Assembly (NCBI GenBank): GCA_963751455.1
Contig: CAVVUN010000015.1
Span: forward strand, 736,001 to 800,000
Direction of reading: 5' to 3'
Length of the DNA: 64,000 nt
Origin: Nitrospirota bacterium
Lineage (GTDB): Bacteria > Nitrospirota > UBA9217
Under the pieces are notes generated by a model. That model searched no databases. It was not told the origin of the DNA and was given only the letters and a program-made list of their open reading frames with translations. Positions 9,753 through 20,800 of the stretch are shown here, in pieces. The stretch's first letter is position 1. Each line of letters begins with the position of its first letter. The position numbers and the translations under genes are program-made.

Positions 9753-10408
9753 AGGATGGAAAAGAACTCGATAAGGAGATGCTTCACCGGCTGCTGGACG
9801 GGGACCTCGGCCCTGATGAAAAGACGGTTCTGATGGACCGGGTCCAGGCAGACCCTGCCCTGAAGGAAGAATTCGACAGCCTTACGGGAGCGCTCCGCGC
9901 AATCGAGAAGAGCGAGAGGATGCCGGCGCCGCCCTTCTTTACCGCCGAGATCATGCGGCGGCTGCCGGCGCGAAAAGCGACTATCGGAAATCGGGTCCGG
10001 GATTTTCTGCTCAAGGGCCGGGTACTTAGATGGAACATGGCCACGGCGTTTGCGGCTGCGGTTCTCTTCGCTCTGGTTTTCACCCAGGTTGTCCGCACCC
10101 GGAATGTGCCTGTTGAAACCGCAGCCGTTTCCCAGCAGGAACAAACCGTGACGGTGACCATGAACCTGCACGCACCGGAAGCTCACCAAGTAGCGGTCGC
10201 GGGCACTTTCAATAAGTGGAAGGCCGATGCAAATATGCTCACAAGGCAGGAAAACGGCGTCTGGACGATAACCATACCGTTAAAGCCCGGGGAGTACAGC
10301 TACATGTTCATCGTGGATGGAAAGGCATGGGTGACCGACCCGAACGCGGAAACCTACAGCGATGACGGCTACGGAAATAAAAATGCCGTGATGAGGGTCA
10401 GAACATGA
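9749..10408 (+). CDS. membrane anti-sigma factor with C-terminal CBM48-like domain
   Basis: ATGA overlap with sigma; LHRLLDGDL anti-sigma-like start, TM helix, VAVAGTFNKW...PGEYSYMFIVDG..WVTDP. Confidence 0.85.
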   Translation: MKDGKELDKEMLHRLLDGDLGPDEKTVLMDRVQADPALKEEFDSLTGALRAIEKSERMPAPPFFTAEIMRRLPARKATIGNRVRDFLLKGRVLRWNMATAFAAAVLFALVFTQVVRTRNVPVETAAVSQQEQTVTVTMNLHAPEAHQVAVAGTFNKWKADANMLTRQENGVWTITIPLKPGEYSYMFIVDGKAWVTDPNAETYSDDGYGNKNAVMRVRT

Positions 10409-10422
10409 AAAGGAAAGGACCA

Positions 10423-11364
10423 ATGACGAAGGCCGTTCTCAAAGTTATTATCGCTCTTTTAGTGACTGCAGGAGCGGTCCTGACGCCTGTGCTCTACGTC
10501 TGGGCAGAAGAGGCGGGATCAAAACATCTCGAAGAGGCACGGGTCACTGTCGAAAAATCCTCGCTCTCGAAGGAAGCGAAGGCCGGCATGCTGACGAAAG
10601 CCGACCAGGCCGTGGCTGCGGGCATTCCGGCCGAAGATGTCTCTATCATTATCACTCGCGGACTGAATCAGGGCGTACAGAGCCGCCATATTGAAGGTTT
10701 CCTCGAAACCGCAACCAGAGCAAAAGAACAGAACTTGCCGGTCAGGCTCATCCTTGACCGGACCGAGCAGGGGCTCGCCAAAGGCGCGTCTGCCGAGAAG
10801 ATCACCGGCGTTACCGAGCGGCTTTCCGAGCACCTTTCGGATGCTAAACCGATCGTGAACAAGTTCGAGAGCGGGGGCGTAAGACCAACAGGTGCAAAAG
10901 CGCCGGATGATGCAGTCGAGACCGTGGCGAGAGCCCTGGAAAAATCGATCCCTCAGTATGCCGTAATGAAGACGGGAGAGAAAGTAAAGGATCGGAAAGG
11001 ATCGATTGGGTTATTTAACCGGGCAGTGGATACAATGACCACCTTTGCCGGGAGCGGCATGACTGCCGAGCAGGCCGCGAAAATGGTCCATACGGCTGTG
11101 GACAAGGGCTATTCCGAAAGGGATCTGGAGGCCATGGAGCGCTACATGGTCAACGAACTCAGGAAGAATCGCCCGATGAGCGACGTCATTTCCGGCATGA
11201 ATGCCCAGATGGAACATGGAACGATGATGCGCGGTATGGAGCGGCAGGGAGGAGGGATGATGGGGAATCCGGGCTCCGGCGGCATGGGGGGAGGTACGAT
11301 GGGCAGCCCCCGCTCCGGCGGCATGGGAGACGGCGGTATGCGAGACGGCGGCATGATGAGGTAG
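10423..11364 (+). CDS. exported helical protein with Met/Gly-rich tail
   Basis: long ORF coupled to the anti-sigma; signal peptide; GGMM repeats at C-terminus. Confidence 0.75.
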   Translation: MTKAVLKVIIALLVTAGAVLTPVLYVWAEEAGSKHLEEARVTVEKSSLSKEAKAGMLTKADQAVAAGIPAEDVSIIITRGLNQGVQSRHIEGFLETATRAKEQNLPVRLILDRTEQGLAKGASAEKITGVTERLSEHLSDAKPIVNKFESGGVRPTGAKAPDDAVETVARALEKSIPQYAVMKTGEKVKDRKGSIGLFNRAVDTMTTFAGSGMTAEQAAKMVHTAVDKGYSERDLEAMERYMVNELRKNRPMSDVISGMNAQMEHGTMMRGMERQGGGMMGNPGSGGMGGGTMGSPRSGGMGDGGMRDGGMMR

Positions 11365-11389
11365 GAAAAGAAACAAAGAAGATAACCCC

Positions 11390-11538
11390 TTTTGAGAATT
11401 GTGTGCGTTTTGTGGCTATTAAGTAAAGCCTTTGGAATGAGAAGCTCGGGGGAGGGCAATGGAGAAGGCTTCAAAGGTTTTTTTTTCAAGATCTTCTCTG
11501 TGTCCTCTGTGATCTCTATGGCAAAATATTTTGACAAT
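11390..11538. repeat. dispersed intergenic repeat, degenerate copy at ~31950..32087
   Basis: shared gaatt.tgtgc.ttttgtggcta...aaagccttt and ttctctgtgt.ctc.gtgatctct.tggcaaaa.attttgacaat. Confidence 0.65.
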
Positions 11539-11567
11539 ATGATAAATAAATAAAGGAGGAATGAAAA

Positions 11568-12002
11568 ATGAAAAAACTTATGGCAGCGGTTGCGGTGCTC
11601 GTAGTTTCGGCTACGACTGTTTTTGCGCAGATGAGCGGGGGCGGCACGATGGGCAGCGGTACCATGGACGGTTCAGGCCAGCACGGCACGATGGGCTCTC
11701 AGCAGTCCCAACAGATGATGGGCGGCCAGATGATGAGCCAGGAAATGATGCGCAACATGTCAGGCATGATGTCCCAGATGAACGACATGATGCAAAAGAT
11801 GTCGGGGACGATGCAGTCGGGGACCATGGACCACACAAAAATGACGAACATGTCAAAAATGATGGATGAGATGTCCACTACCATGAAGGAAATGTCCGGC
11901 CAGATGGCAAAGGGCACTATGGACCCGGCGCTGACGAAAAAAATGCAGGACCGGATGAAGGACATGAATACAACAATGGAATCGATGCAGAAAGGAAAGT
12001 AA
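11568..12002 (+). CDS. extremely Met-rich periplasmic protein
   Basis: AGGAGG RBS, signal peptide ending VFA; about 35 of 144 residues Met by hand count. Confidence 0.8.
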   Translation: MKKLMAAVAVLVVSATTVFAQMSGGGTMGSGTMDGSGQHGTMGSQQSQQMMGGQMMSQEMMRNMSGMMSQMNDMMQKMSGTMQSGTMDHTKMTNMSKMMDEMSTTMKEMSGQMAKGTMDPALTKKMQDRMKDMNTTMESMQKGK

Positions 12003-12004
12003 TC

Positions 12005-12823
12005 ATGAAACAGCGTGTGAACAGCTTGAGAGATTTTCAACACGGATGGGGGCGAGGATCAGGCGCAGCGCATACGCATACAGCAAATAGTAGAAGCATT
12101 GTTCACACGCTGTTTGTTTTACTCCTGATCGCAACGATGCCTGTTGCCGGGTGGGCTTCTGAAGGTCGAGGGTATATCGACATGAACGGCGGGTACAAGA
12201 CAGGGGATTTCGGGACTCCGACCAGGTCCGATCTCTATTATTTCTCGCCTGCTCTTGGATACGTTGCCCCTCGCTATGATATGAGCATTACGATCCCGTA
12301 TCTGTATCTCTTGACCGGGCAAGGACTGATGCAGACGAACACGGAAAACGGTATCGGCGACATCATTCTACGGGCGGGGATCGTGGTGGCGCCGGAGACA
12401 GAGAACGGTTTCTCCCTGAGCGCTTCAGCTGCTGTCAAATTGCCGACGGCGGACGAAAATAAGGGGCTGGGGACCGGGGAAACTGATTATGCAGGTTTCC
12501 TGGGCGTGCACAAGCGGATCGGCCAAAACCGTCTGACACTCTCAGCTGGCTATATAAAAGTCGGCGACCCTTCGGGTATCGACCTCAATAATGTCTATGT
12601 TTACGATGTGGGTTACGCGAGAATGTTCACCCGTACGGAACTATCCGCATGGTATGAAGGAAGGCGATCACTGATACCTGGCACAAAGAACCCTCAAGAG
12701 ATAAACGTCGGGTTTTTTCATATCCTCAACCAGGACTATTCCATCAAGGGGAGCTCTTTTGTGGGACTGAACAATGGAGGGCCGGATTTCGGGCTCAACC
12801 TCGGCATTGTTAGATGGTTCTAG
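12005..12823 (+). CDS. putative outer-membrane beta-barrel protein
   Basis: G.GDI.L, KLPTADE.KGLGTGE.D motifs, alternating aromatic strands, C-terminal WF; true start uncertain. Confidence 0.7.
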   Translation: MKQRVNSLRDFQHGWGRGSGAAHTHTANSRSIVHTLFVLLLIATMPVAGWASEGRGYIDMNGGYKTGDFGTPTRSDLYYFSPALGYVAPRYDMSITIPYLYLLTGQGLMQTNTENGIGDIILRAGIVVAPETENGFSLSASAAVKLPTADENKGLGTGETDYAGFLGVHKRIGQNRLTLSAGYIKVGDPSGIDLNNVYVYDVGYARMFTRTELSAWYEGRRSLIPGTKNPQEINVGFFHILNQDYSIKGSSFVGLNNGGPDFGLNLGIVRWF

Positions 12824-12835
12824 GTCCAGCCTTAC

Positions 12836-15429
12836 CTACTTGCCGACAACCAGCAGTTCTTTGAATTTTTCGGGCGGCAACGGTCTGCTGAACAGGAACC
12901 CCTGCGCCTCGTCGCAGTCGGATTCACGGAGGAAGGAAAGCTGCTCCTCGGTCTCCACGCCTTCGGCAACCGTCTTGATCGACATCTTCCTGGCCATTGA
13001 GGTGACCGCGCTGATGATCGCCCGGTCATCGGGGTCCGTTGTTATGTCCCGGATAAACGACTGGTCGATCTTGAGCTTCTGAATCGGAAAACGTTTCAAA
13101 TAACTCAATGACGAATAACCCGTCCCGAAATCATCGATCGATATGTTTACTCCCATCTTTGTCAATTGCTGCAAGCGCAGGACGGTCCGCTCGACATTTC
13201 TCATCGCGGTGCTCTCCGTAACCTCGATTTCCAGGAGGTCCGGGGATATTCCCGTCTCTCGCAAGATCCGGGCGATTTTGTCCACAAGTTCGGGACTCTG
13301 GAACTGTCTTGCTGAAAGATTGACCGTGACGCAGGGAGGATGAAACCCCGAGTCGGTCCATTCTTTGATCTGCCCGCAAACACTCCGAAGCGCCCATTCG
13401 TCGATAGCGGAGATAAACCCCGTTTCCTCGGCAAGCGGGATGAAGCGCTCCGGTTCCAATAATCCCATTTCCGGGTGCTGCCAGCGCGCCAACGCTTCGG
13501 CGCAGACCATCCGGCGACTGTTGATTTCGACCAGCGGCTGATAATGCATGACTAGTTCGCTTCGCTCCACGGTCCGGCGCAGCCTGCTTTCGAGTCTGAT
13601 TCGTTCAAGGGAGCGGATATTGATCGCCGGATTGTAGAACTGGTAGTTGTTCCTGCCGTATTCTTTGGCATAATACATGGCGATATCCGCATACCGCAGG
13701 AGCGTATCTATATCCTCGTCCGTCCTCGGGATATACACTGATGCCGATGCTGGTAGTTATCAAAAATTCATGGGGGCCTACGGCGAAGGGCCGTCTGAAT
13801 GATTGCACGATTTTCGCGGTTATATCGGCCACGTCCTCGGCCCGGGCGAAATCGGCGAGGATCATATTGAACTCGTCGCCGCCGATGCGGGCAAGGGTAT
13901 CGGACCTCCTGACGTTCGACCTGAGCCTGGCCCCGACCTGTTTGAGCAACTCATCGCCGACCTCGTGGCCCAGCGTGTCGTTGATCTCCTTGAAACGATC
14001 GAGATCAAGAAAAAGGATTGCCAGTTTCTTCTCGTTCCGTTGCGCCTGCGCAAGCTCGATTGCGACGATTTCCTTGAAAAGGCGTCTGTTGGGCAGGTCG
14101 GTCAGCGGGTCGTGGTGCGCCATATGTCTGATCTCCTCCTCCAGCCTCTTCCGCTCGGTGATATCCCTAACGATACCTATTGCGTTCCATTTGTCTTTAA
14201 GCTTAAATGCAGACAAGGAAAGCTCTACGGGGAATTTCGCGCCGCCTTTTCTTATTGCTTCTACTTCGTATGCCGTTCCAATGAACGGCCCTTTGCCGGT
14301 TGTCCGGAAATTTTCAAAACCTTTCGTCGAAGTCGGATTTATACTGACTGGGCATGATAAAAGAATGCAGGTATTTTCCCGTCATTTCCCCGCTTGTATA
14401 CCCGAATATTTTTGTTGCCGCGTCGTTCCAGAATGAGACCATCCCGTCGTTATCGATCAAGATAAGCGCATCAAGCGCGGCCGAAGCAATCCCGCGGAAC
14501 CTGCTTTCGCTGTTCTGGAGATCCTCTTCCGAACTCTTGTGTTCGATCGCGAGGCCTATCGGCTGCGTTACAGCGCGAAGAATGTCGAGGAGTTCTTCGT
14601 CCGGCGTATACGGGGTATGAGTGATCACGCATAGGACACCGACGACCTTATTGCGCGCCTTGATAGGCAGACCGGCATAAAACTCCATGTTCTCCTGTTT
14701 CACGACGACCCGCGTGAATCTGGGGTCAAGCGAGGCCTTTTCCGGGATGATCACCTCTTTGTCGCACTGCGCGATGGTTCCGCAGACGCACTCGCCAACC
14801 TTGACCTCGTTCTCGCACAGGTCCTTCACGACGGGCGCGCTCAAATTTCTGAACGCGATCGGCAACATTTCCATCGTGTCTTCGTTGATCACATAAATGA
14901 CGCCCGCGTCCACACCCATGAATGAAATGATCCTGTCGAGCACATCATCCAGGATAGTCTTGAGATCGAGGGACTTGCCGATCGTAAGCGCAATTTCATA
15001 AAGTAAGGATAGTTTCTTGTTCTGCCGCTCCAAGGCATCTCCCGCCCTCGTGCGCTCAATGGCGTACCGAATGGACCGTATAAGGAGCGCGCCATCGATC
15101 CGTCCTTTTACCAGGTAGTCCTGCGCGCCAAGCTCTATCGCTTTAACAGCCAATTCCTCGTCGGTCAATCCGGTAAGAACGACAGCAGGCAGATACGGTT
15201 TTTTATCCTGAAGTTTCCGTAGGGTATCCATGCCGTCGCTGTCGGGCAGTCCCAGATCCAGAAGGACTGCATCGAAGACTTCCTCCTCAATAAGCTTCAA
15301 GCCGGAGGAAAGGCGATCTGCTGTCGTAATCGTATATTTATTTCCGGCGCCATTCATCAGTTCCTTGATCAGCTGGGCGTCGTCAATGTTGTCTTCTATG
15401 AGCAATATTTTTGTGATTGGTTCGTCCAT
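12836..15429 (-). CDS. REC-GAF-PAS-GGDEF-EAL c-di-GMP enzyme, split by two frameshifts (~14325, ~13730)
   Basis: ORFs 14314..15429 (REC, GAF, PAS), 13605..14216 (GGDEF), 12836..13738 (EAL, DDFGTGYSS) are collinear. Confidence 0.88.
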
Positions 15430-15749
15430 TCTTATCTCCCTACAAAGGCCTATGCAGGAGGGTTATTCCGTCTTACTTGCCAACATAATTAGTCAAAATC
15501 TTTCCTTAAATATCTCACTTGGATTTTTTTAAGTCAAAAGGAAAAGCCTTTTTTTCGTCCCAGTCTGCAGTACGTGGCAATTGGTATTACTTACTTATAT
15601 TCAAGGAGGTAAAGCAAGTCTTCTCTGGCCTTGAAAAAAAGTAAGCGACGAGATGGCTATATGCACAAAAATGCTTCAGGCGGTAAAATATGGTTATTAA
15701 AAGATAACCAGCGCTTGTTTAGGCGGGTCCGCATGCAAAGGAGAAATCC

Positions 15750-15842
15750 ATGCATTGGGGCGATTATGGATCAGGAATGGGAATGGGATTCGGTTGGTTG
15801 TTTATGGTCGTTTTCCGGGGCCTTATCCTCCCGAAAAAGTGA
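15750..15842 (+). pseudogene. N-terminal remnant of a SHOCT-type small membrane protein
   Basis: AGGAG RBS; MHWGDYGSGMGMGFGWLFMVV then early stop. Confidence 0.45.
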
Positions 15843-15913
15843 AGCGATTGGTTATGAACATATGACGGCGTTTGCAGTACGGGAAGATACGGAAAGAAAA
15901 GGGATGATGCTTT

Positions 15914-16970
15914 ATGAGAAAAGACCCATTGTGCAATATGGATGTACGGGAAGATTCCGGCATAAAGGCAGAATGTGATGGAGAAACATTTTATTTCTGC
16001 TCGGAAGGTTGCCGGGATAAGTTCCTCCAGGAGAAGTCCTGTAAGCGGCTTCGGGCCTCGTATGACGTGATCATTATCGGGGGCGGCCCCGCCCGGGCTC
16101 ACGGCAGCCGTCTATGCGGCCACGATGAAAACAGACGCCTTTCTGATAGCGAAGGAGCTCGGCGGCCAGGCCGTGGACAGCACCAAGATCGAGAACTACA
16201 TGGGCTATGACTTCATTACCGGCCCGGAGCTGATCGCAAAATACCGCGAGCAGCTTGTGCGCTCCCATTACATCGACCATGTTCTCGCCGAGGTCGAAAG
16301 GATAGAACGGGCCGATGAAGGATTTATAGTGACGACATCCGGTCTTAAAAGGTATACGACCAGGAGCGTGATCATCACAACCGGCATGACCAGGAAAAAA
16401 CTGGGCGTGGCGGGAGAGGAAAGGTTTCAGAGAAAAGGCCTCTTCTACGGCAACATCCAGGACCTTTCATTCGTCCAGGACAAGAACGCGGTCGTCATCG
16501 GGGGCGGGAATTCAGCCCTTCAGATAGTCGAGAACCTGCATAGCATCGCGGCTACAATTTCCCTTGTTTCAGCAACGGAACTGACTGCTGACCGTTCGAT
16601 CGTGGAGCGCATCAGGAGCTTTGAGAACGTGCGCATCTACGAGGAGTACAAGGTCATCGAACTCCATGGGGGCGGATCGCTATCCGGCATAACGATCAGA
16701 AAGATGGCGGGAGACGAAGCGATCGACCTGCCTGCACAAGGTGCGTTCATCGTTCTCGCACCTCATCGAACTGAACGACCGGGGCGAGATCGTGATTCAG
16801 CCAGACTGTCGACCTCCTGTCCGGGGCTATTTGCTGCAGGCGACATAACGAACGCCTTCGGAAAGCGGATCATCATCGCTTCGGGAGAAGGGGCCAAGGC
16901 AGCCCTTGCGGCGCGGCAGTACCTTTTGGATCTGAGAAAGAAGAAACAGACGGCGGTCTGCGCGAGCTGA
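15914..16970 (+). CDS. YHS domain fused to thioredoxin-reductase-like flavoprotein (frameshift ~16090, disturbed ~16750-16810)
   Basis: KDPLCNM...YFCSEGC; DVIIIGGGPA, VIGGGNSA, GLFAAGDIT. Confidence 0.8.
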
Positions 16971-17032
16971 AAGAGGGAGCATTCGCATGTGTTGATCAGC
17001 CGATATTATCGGGATCAGGAAGAAGAACCAGT

Positions 17033-18880
17033 ATGACCATAGCGAAAAAACTTAAAATCAGCGCCCTGCTGTCAGCCGGTACGGTATTCGTTTTCATCTT
17101 TCTATTTATCCTGGCTTTTACGATGCAGCTCAAAGCACAGCAGGGAATGACCGTCGCTGACACTCTCATGCGGAGCGCATCCGAAATCATGCTTGTGGGA
17201 AACCATTATCTGATGAGTCCCGGGGAGAGCGGCAAAGCGCAATGGATGCTGAAGTATGAGGCCCTTGTAAAAGTACTGAGCGAGATGTCAATGAAGGAAA
17301 CCGGGGACCGGGTTATTGTCAACAGGATGCTGCAGAATCTTGCCGAGATGAAGGCGCTTTTTACTGAGCTGGCCGCTGCTTCTGAAAAAGGGCGTCTCGA
17401 CAGGGCATCCCCTTCGGCTGATTCACTCATAATGCGCTCTGGCGACCTGACAATCGACGCTTCCCGCCTTGTCGCCGCGAGCGGCGAGGAGATTAAAACC
17501 CTGGACCGAAGGATCATCGAGACAATTACGATCTTCTCCATACTTCTGGCCGTGGCCGTCTTCTGGTCCTCGACGGCCCTGGGCAGAAGCATATCAGGCC
17601 CGATAAACAAACTTCGCACAGGCACCGAAGTCATCGGCTCAGGCAATCTAGACTACCGGACCGGGATTCGTTCGGATGACGAAATCGGACAGCTTTCCGA
17701 ATCTTTTGATCATATGACGGCGAGCCTTAAAGCCATTACCGTTTCACGGGATGAGCTTGCAAGGGAAGTAGCGGAGCGCAAACGGGCGGAAGAGGCACTA
17801 AGACAGAATCAAAGATTCCTGGAAACAGTGATTCAGAATGCTCCGGCATGTATAAAGCTCGTTGCCGAGGATGGATCTTTGCTTCAGATGAACCAGGCAG
17901 GACTGAGTATTTTGGAAGCCGATTCGTTAGAACAGGTGCAGGGAAAAAGTATTACTGCCTGCGTCTCCTTTCAATACCAACCGTCTTTTATGAATCTCGT
18001 AAAAGAGGTTTTTCAGGGCAAAACGGGAACGCTTGAGTTCGAGGCAGCAAGCCTCAAGGGAAAACCGCTGTGGCTGAACACGCACGCTGTGCCGCTGTAT
18101 GACAATGCGGGGAACATAACGGCCCTTCTGGGGATCACCGTTGATATTACCGAGCGGAAGCGGGCTGAGAAGGAGCGCGAAATGTTGATCGGAGAACTTG
18201 CCCGGTCAAACAAAGAGTTGGAGCAGTTCGCCTACGTCGCTTCTCACGATCTGCGGGAGCCGCTGCGGATGGTTGCCGGATTTGTCAGCCTTCTTGAAAA
18301 GAAGTACAAGGGCAGGCTGGACGAGAAAGCGGACAAGTACATACGCTTTGCTGTGGATGGATCTTTGCGAATGCAAAAACTTATTGACGGCTTGCTTGCG
18401 TATTCACGTGTTTTTACGCAGGGAGGCGAGTTCAGGCGAGTTAACCTTGAGCAGGTTTTTAATGAAGCGGCAGCCAATCTTTTGGCTGCAATCCAGGAAA
18501 GCAAGGCCCATATTGTCAGGGACGATCTACCAAAAGTCATGGGCGATGAAACGCAGTTGCTTCAGCTTTTGCAAAACCTGATCGGAAACGCTGTTAAATT
18601 CAGGAAACCGGATGTACCGCCTCAGGTTCACATCTCCGCACAGAAGGAAGAAAACGAATGGGTATTCGAGGTGCGGGACAATGGAATAGGAATAGAAAAG
18701 GAACACTTCGACGCGGTACTCCAGATATTTAAACGGCTGCATACCAGAGAAGAATTTGCCGGCACGGGAATCGGCCTTGCCGTGTGCAAGAAGATCGTGG
18801 AGCGCCATGACGGCCGCATATGGGTTGAGTCGGTTCCGGGGGAGGGAACTTCGTTTTTCTTTACGATGCCCTTTAGTTAG
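17033..18880 (+). CDS. membrane sensor histidine kinase (HAMP-PAS-HisKA-HATPase)
   Basis: two TM helices, DEIGQL HAMP, FAYVASHDLREP, NLIGNA, DNGIG, GTGIGLA. Confidence 0.95.
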   Translation: MTIAKKLKISALLSAGTVFVFIFLFILAFTMQLKAQQGMTVADTLMRSASEIMLVGNHYLMSPGESGKAQWMLKYEALVKVLSEMSMKETGDRVIVNRMLQNLAEMKALFTELAAASEKGRLDRASPSADSLIMRSGDLTIDASRLVAASGEEIKTLDRRIIETITIFSILLAVAVFWSSTALGRSISGPINKLRTGTEVIGSGNLDYRTGIRSDDEIGQLSESFDHMTASLKAITVSRDELAREVAERKRAEEALRQNQRFLETVIQNAPACIKLVAEDGSLLQMNQAGLSILEADSLEQVQGKSITACVSFQYQPSFMNLVKEVFQGKTGTLEFEAASLKGKPLWLNTHAVPLYDNAGNITALLGITVDITERKRAEKEREMLIGELARSNKELEQFAYVASHDLREPLRMVAGFVSLLEKKYKGRLDEKADKYIRFAVDGSLRMQKLIDGLLAYSRVFTQGGEFRRVNLEQVFNEAAANLLAAIQESKAHIVRDDLPKVMGDETQLLQLLQNLIGNAVKFRKPDVPPQVHISAQKEENEWVFEVRDNGIGIEKEHFDAVLQIFKRLHTREEFAGTGIGLAVCKKIVERHDGRIWVESVPGEGTSFFFTMPFS

Positions 18881-19165
18881 GCGACGACCGCGAAGGTTGG
18901 TCTTTTTGCCGAGAAACATCCGGTATTTGCTAAAAACGTTGTTTCGGAGGTTATCAGGTTTGACTAAAAAACACTTAGCAAGAAAAGTATGAGGAGCCGT
19001 TTGAATTCGATCTAAAGAAAAGTTCAATAACATATAATCTCATAAAGCCTCCTGGGCAGTTATTTGTTCAGACGAGGTATTGAAAATACCGGAAAAATCA
19101 TGGTATTTCACGGCAAAGTATGATAATATTTTAACCAGTAATTGAACGGACGAAAAGAGGGGCCT

Positions 19166-19375
19166 ATGGAAAAAGAGATCATTTTTAACGTGGAAGAGTC
19201 ACCGGAAGGTGGATATGAAGCGCAGGCGCTTGGTTTTTCCATCTTTACTCAGGCGGATACCTTTGATGATTTGAAAAAGATGGCCCAGGACGCAGTTGTG
19301 TGCCACTTTGATGAAAGAGAACGGCCCAAGGTCATCAGGCTTCACATGGTGAGAGAGGAACTGATCGCCGTATGA
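19166..19375 (+). CDS. short HicB-like antitoxin
   Basis: EEsPEGGY.A...IFTQADT..DL...DAV.CHF; ATGA overlap with HicA-like gene. Confidence 0.7.
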   Translation: MEKEIIFNVEESPEGGYEAQALGFSIFTQADTFDDLKKMAQDAVVCHFDERERPKVIRLHMVREELIAV

Positions 19376-19619
19376 AAATCCCCCGGGATGTCAGCGGCGA
19401 CGATCTGGCCAAGTACCTGACCCAATTCCCGGCTATGCCGTTACCCGACAGACCGGAAGTCATATGCGGCTGACATCCTCCTCGAAAGGTTCAGAACACC
19501 ACATCACCATTCCCCGGCACACTCCGTTAAAGATCGGCACCATGAACAGCATCCTGAAGGAAGTTGCCTCCTACCTCGAAATTGAGCGCGATCATCTCGT
19601 GGAAAAACTCTTCCGGTAA
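19372..19619 (+). pseudogene. hicA: HicA-like toxin, frameshifted near 19430
   Basis: MKIPRDVSG...GYAVTRQTGSHMRL...HITIPRH..LKIGT across two frames. Confidence 0.7.
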
Positions 19620-19719
19620 TAAAACTGTTTTTGAAGCCATCCAATAGCCCTATACGTCCCCCCGCCGAAAGACCTTCCCGCATTTTTTCTTTATTAAAAA
19701 AAGGAAAGCACAGTCCCCT

Positions 19720-19858
19720 TTGGGTCCCCTTGATGCTGGTTTATCATCCGCCCGGGTGGAAGGATTACGGCGGCTGGTTCTTCGGGGTATTGTTCGTTTT
19801 AACCGCCGTTTTCGGCATAGGGCTGTTGTGGTCCATCTGGCGTTCACGGGATCGGTAG
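19720..19858 (+). pseudogene. C-terminal membrane remnant of a larger gene
   Basis: hydrophobic tail FGIGLLWSIWRS with no RBS/start. Confidence 0.3.
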
Positions 19859-20167
19859 TGTCAGCTCGTCAATTTGTGCAGGCTACGGCATCCCGAAACA
19901 AATTTAGTAAGGTTAAACTTCTTCCTCCTACGGGTAGAAATTTGCACTTGCTGTCATGATAACATCAGCGCAACTTCATTCCGTAATTGATGTCGTTCCC
20001 GCCAAGATTCTGTATTTCAGCCTTATCGGGAGAACACCCTGAGAAAGTTTCCTATCTCGCCGAGAAAACCTCCCCTACGCAAGCTGTACTGAAAAAGATG
20101 TTGACAATCCAAATATGATGGTGATATAAATACACGGATGTAATTATTGTAACAAAGAGGTGAAGGA

Positions 20168-20800
20168 ATGTCATTCAATACAAAAACCTCGGTAAAGCTG
20201 ACCGGTCTTACGCCGCGGCAGATAGACTACTGGGACCGGACTCATTTCATCAAGCCTTCGGTCAAAGAGGCTTCCGGCTACGGAACAGGCAGGCTGTATT
20301 CCTTCGAAGACATCGTGCAACTCAAGGTCGCCAAAACGCTGATCGACAAAGGGCTGTCGCTCCAGAAGATACGGAAGGCAATCACGTACCTCAAAAAGAA
20401 CTTTCCGGACATAAAAAAGCCGTTTGCGGAGATGCGGTTTCTGACGGACGGCGAGACTATCTTCGTGCTGTCCGACAAGAAGGAAAAGATCCTCGATGCC
20501 CTGGCGAGGGGGCAGATGGTCTTTGCCCTGGCCATCGGCGAACTGATCGAGGAACTCAAGGGCGAAGTGACGAAGATCAGCCAGGACCGGAAATACAAAG
20601 TCCCGGTGAACAGAAAAACATACCAAGTCATTCTTCATCCGGATACCGAGGACGGCGGCTTCTGGGTCGAGTGTCCGGCGCTCCCCGGCTGCTCGTCCCA
20701 GGGAGATACCGTTGAAGAAGCCCTGGCCATGATCAAAGATGCCATCAAAGGGCACCTGGAGGTGGAAGCGGAACGGAAGAAAAAGAAGGCGGTCGCGTAG
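20168..20800 (+). CDS. MerR-type HTH fused to HicB antitoxin domain
   Basis: TGLTPRQIDYWD...RLYSFED..L; C-terminal EDGGFWVECPALPGCSSQGDTVEEAL. Confidence 0.85.
   Translation: MSFNTKTSVKLTGLTPRQIDYWDRTHFIKPSVKEASGYGTGRLYSFEDIVQLKVAKTLIDKGLSLQKIRKAITYLKKNFPDIKKPFAEMRFLTDGETIFVLSDKKEKILDALARGQMVFALAIGELIEELKGEVTKISQDRKYKVPVNRKTYQVILHPDTEDGGFWVECPALPGCSSQGDTVEEALAMIKDAIKGHLEVEAERKKKKAVA

Noticed and set aside
15720-15740. sigma54 promoter before the SHOCT remnant
   Set aside because: GG-to-GC spacing is not 10 bp.
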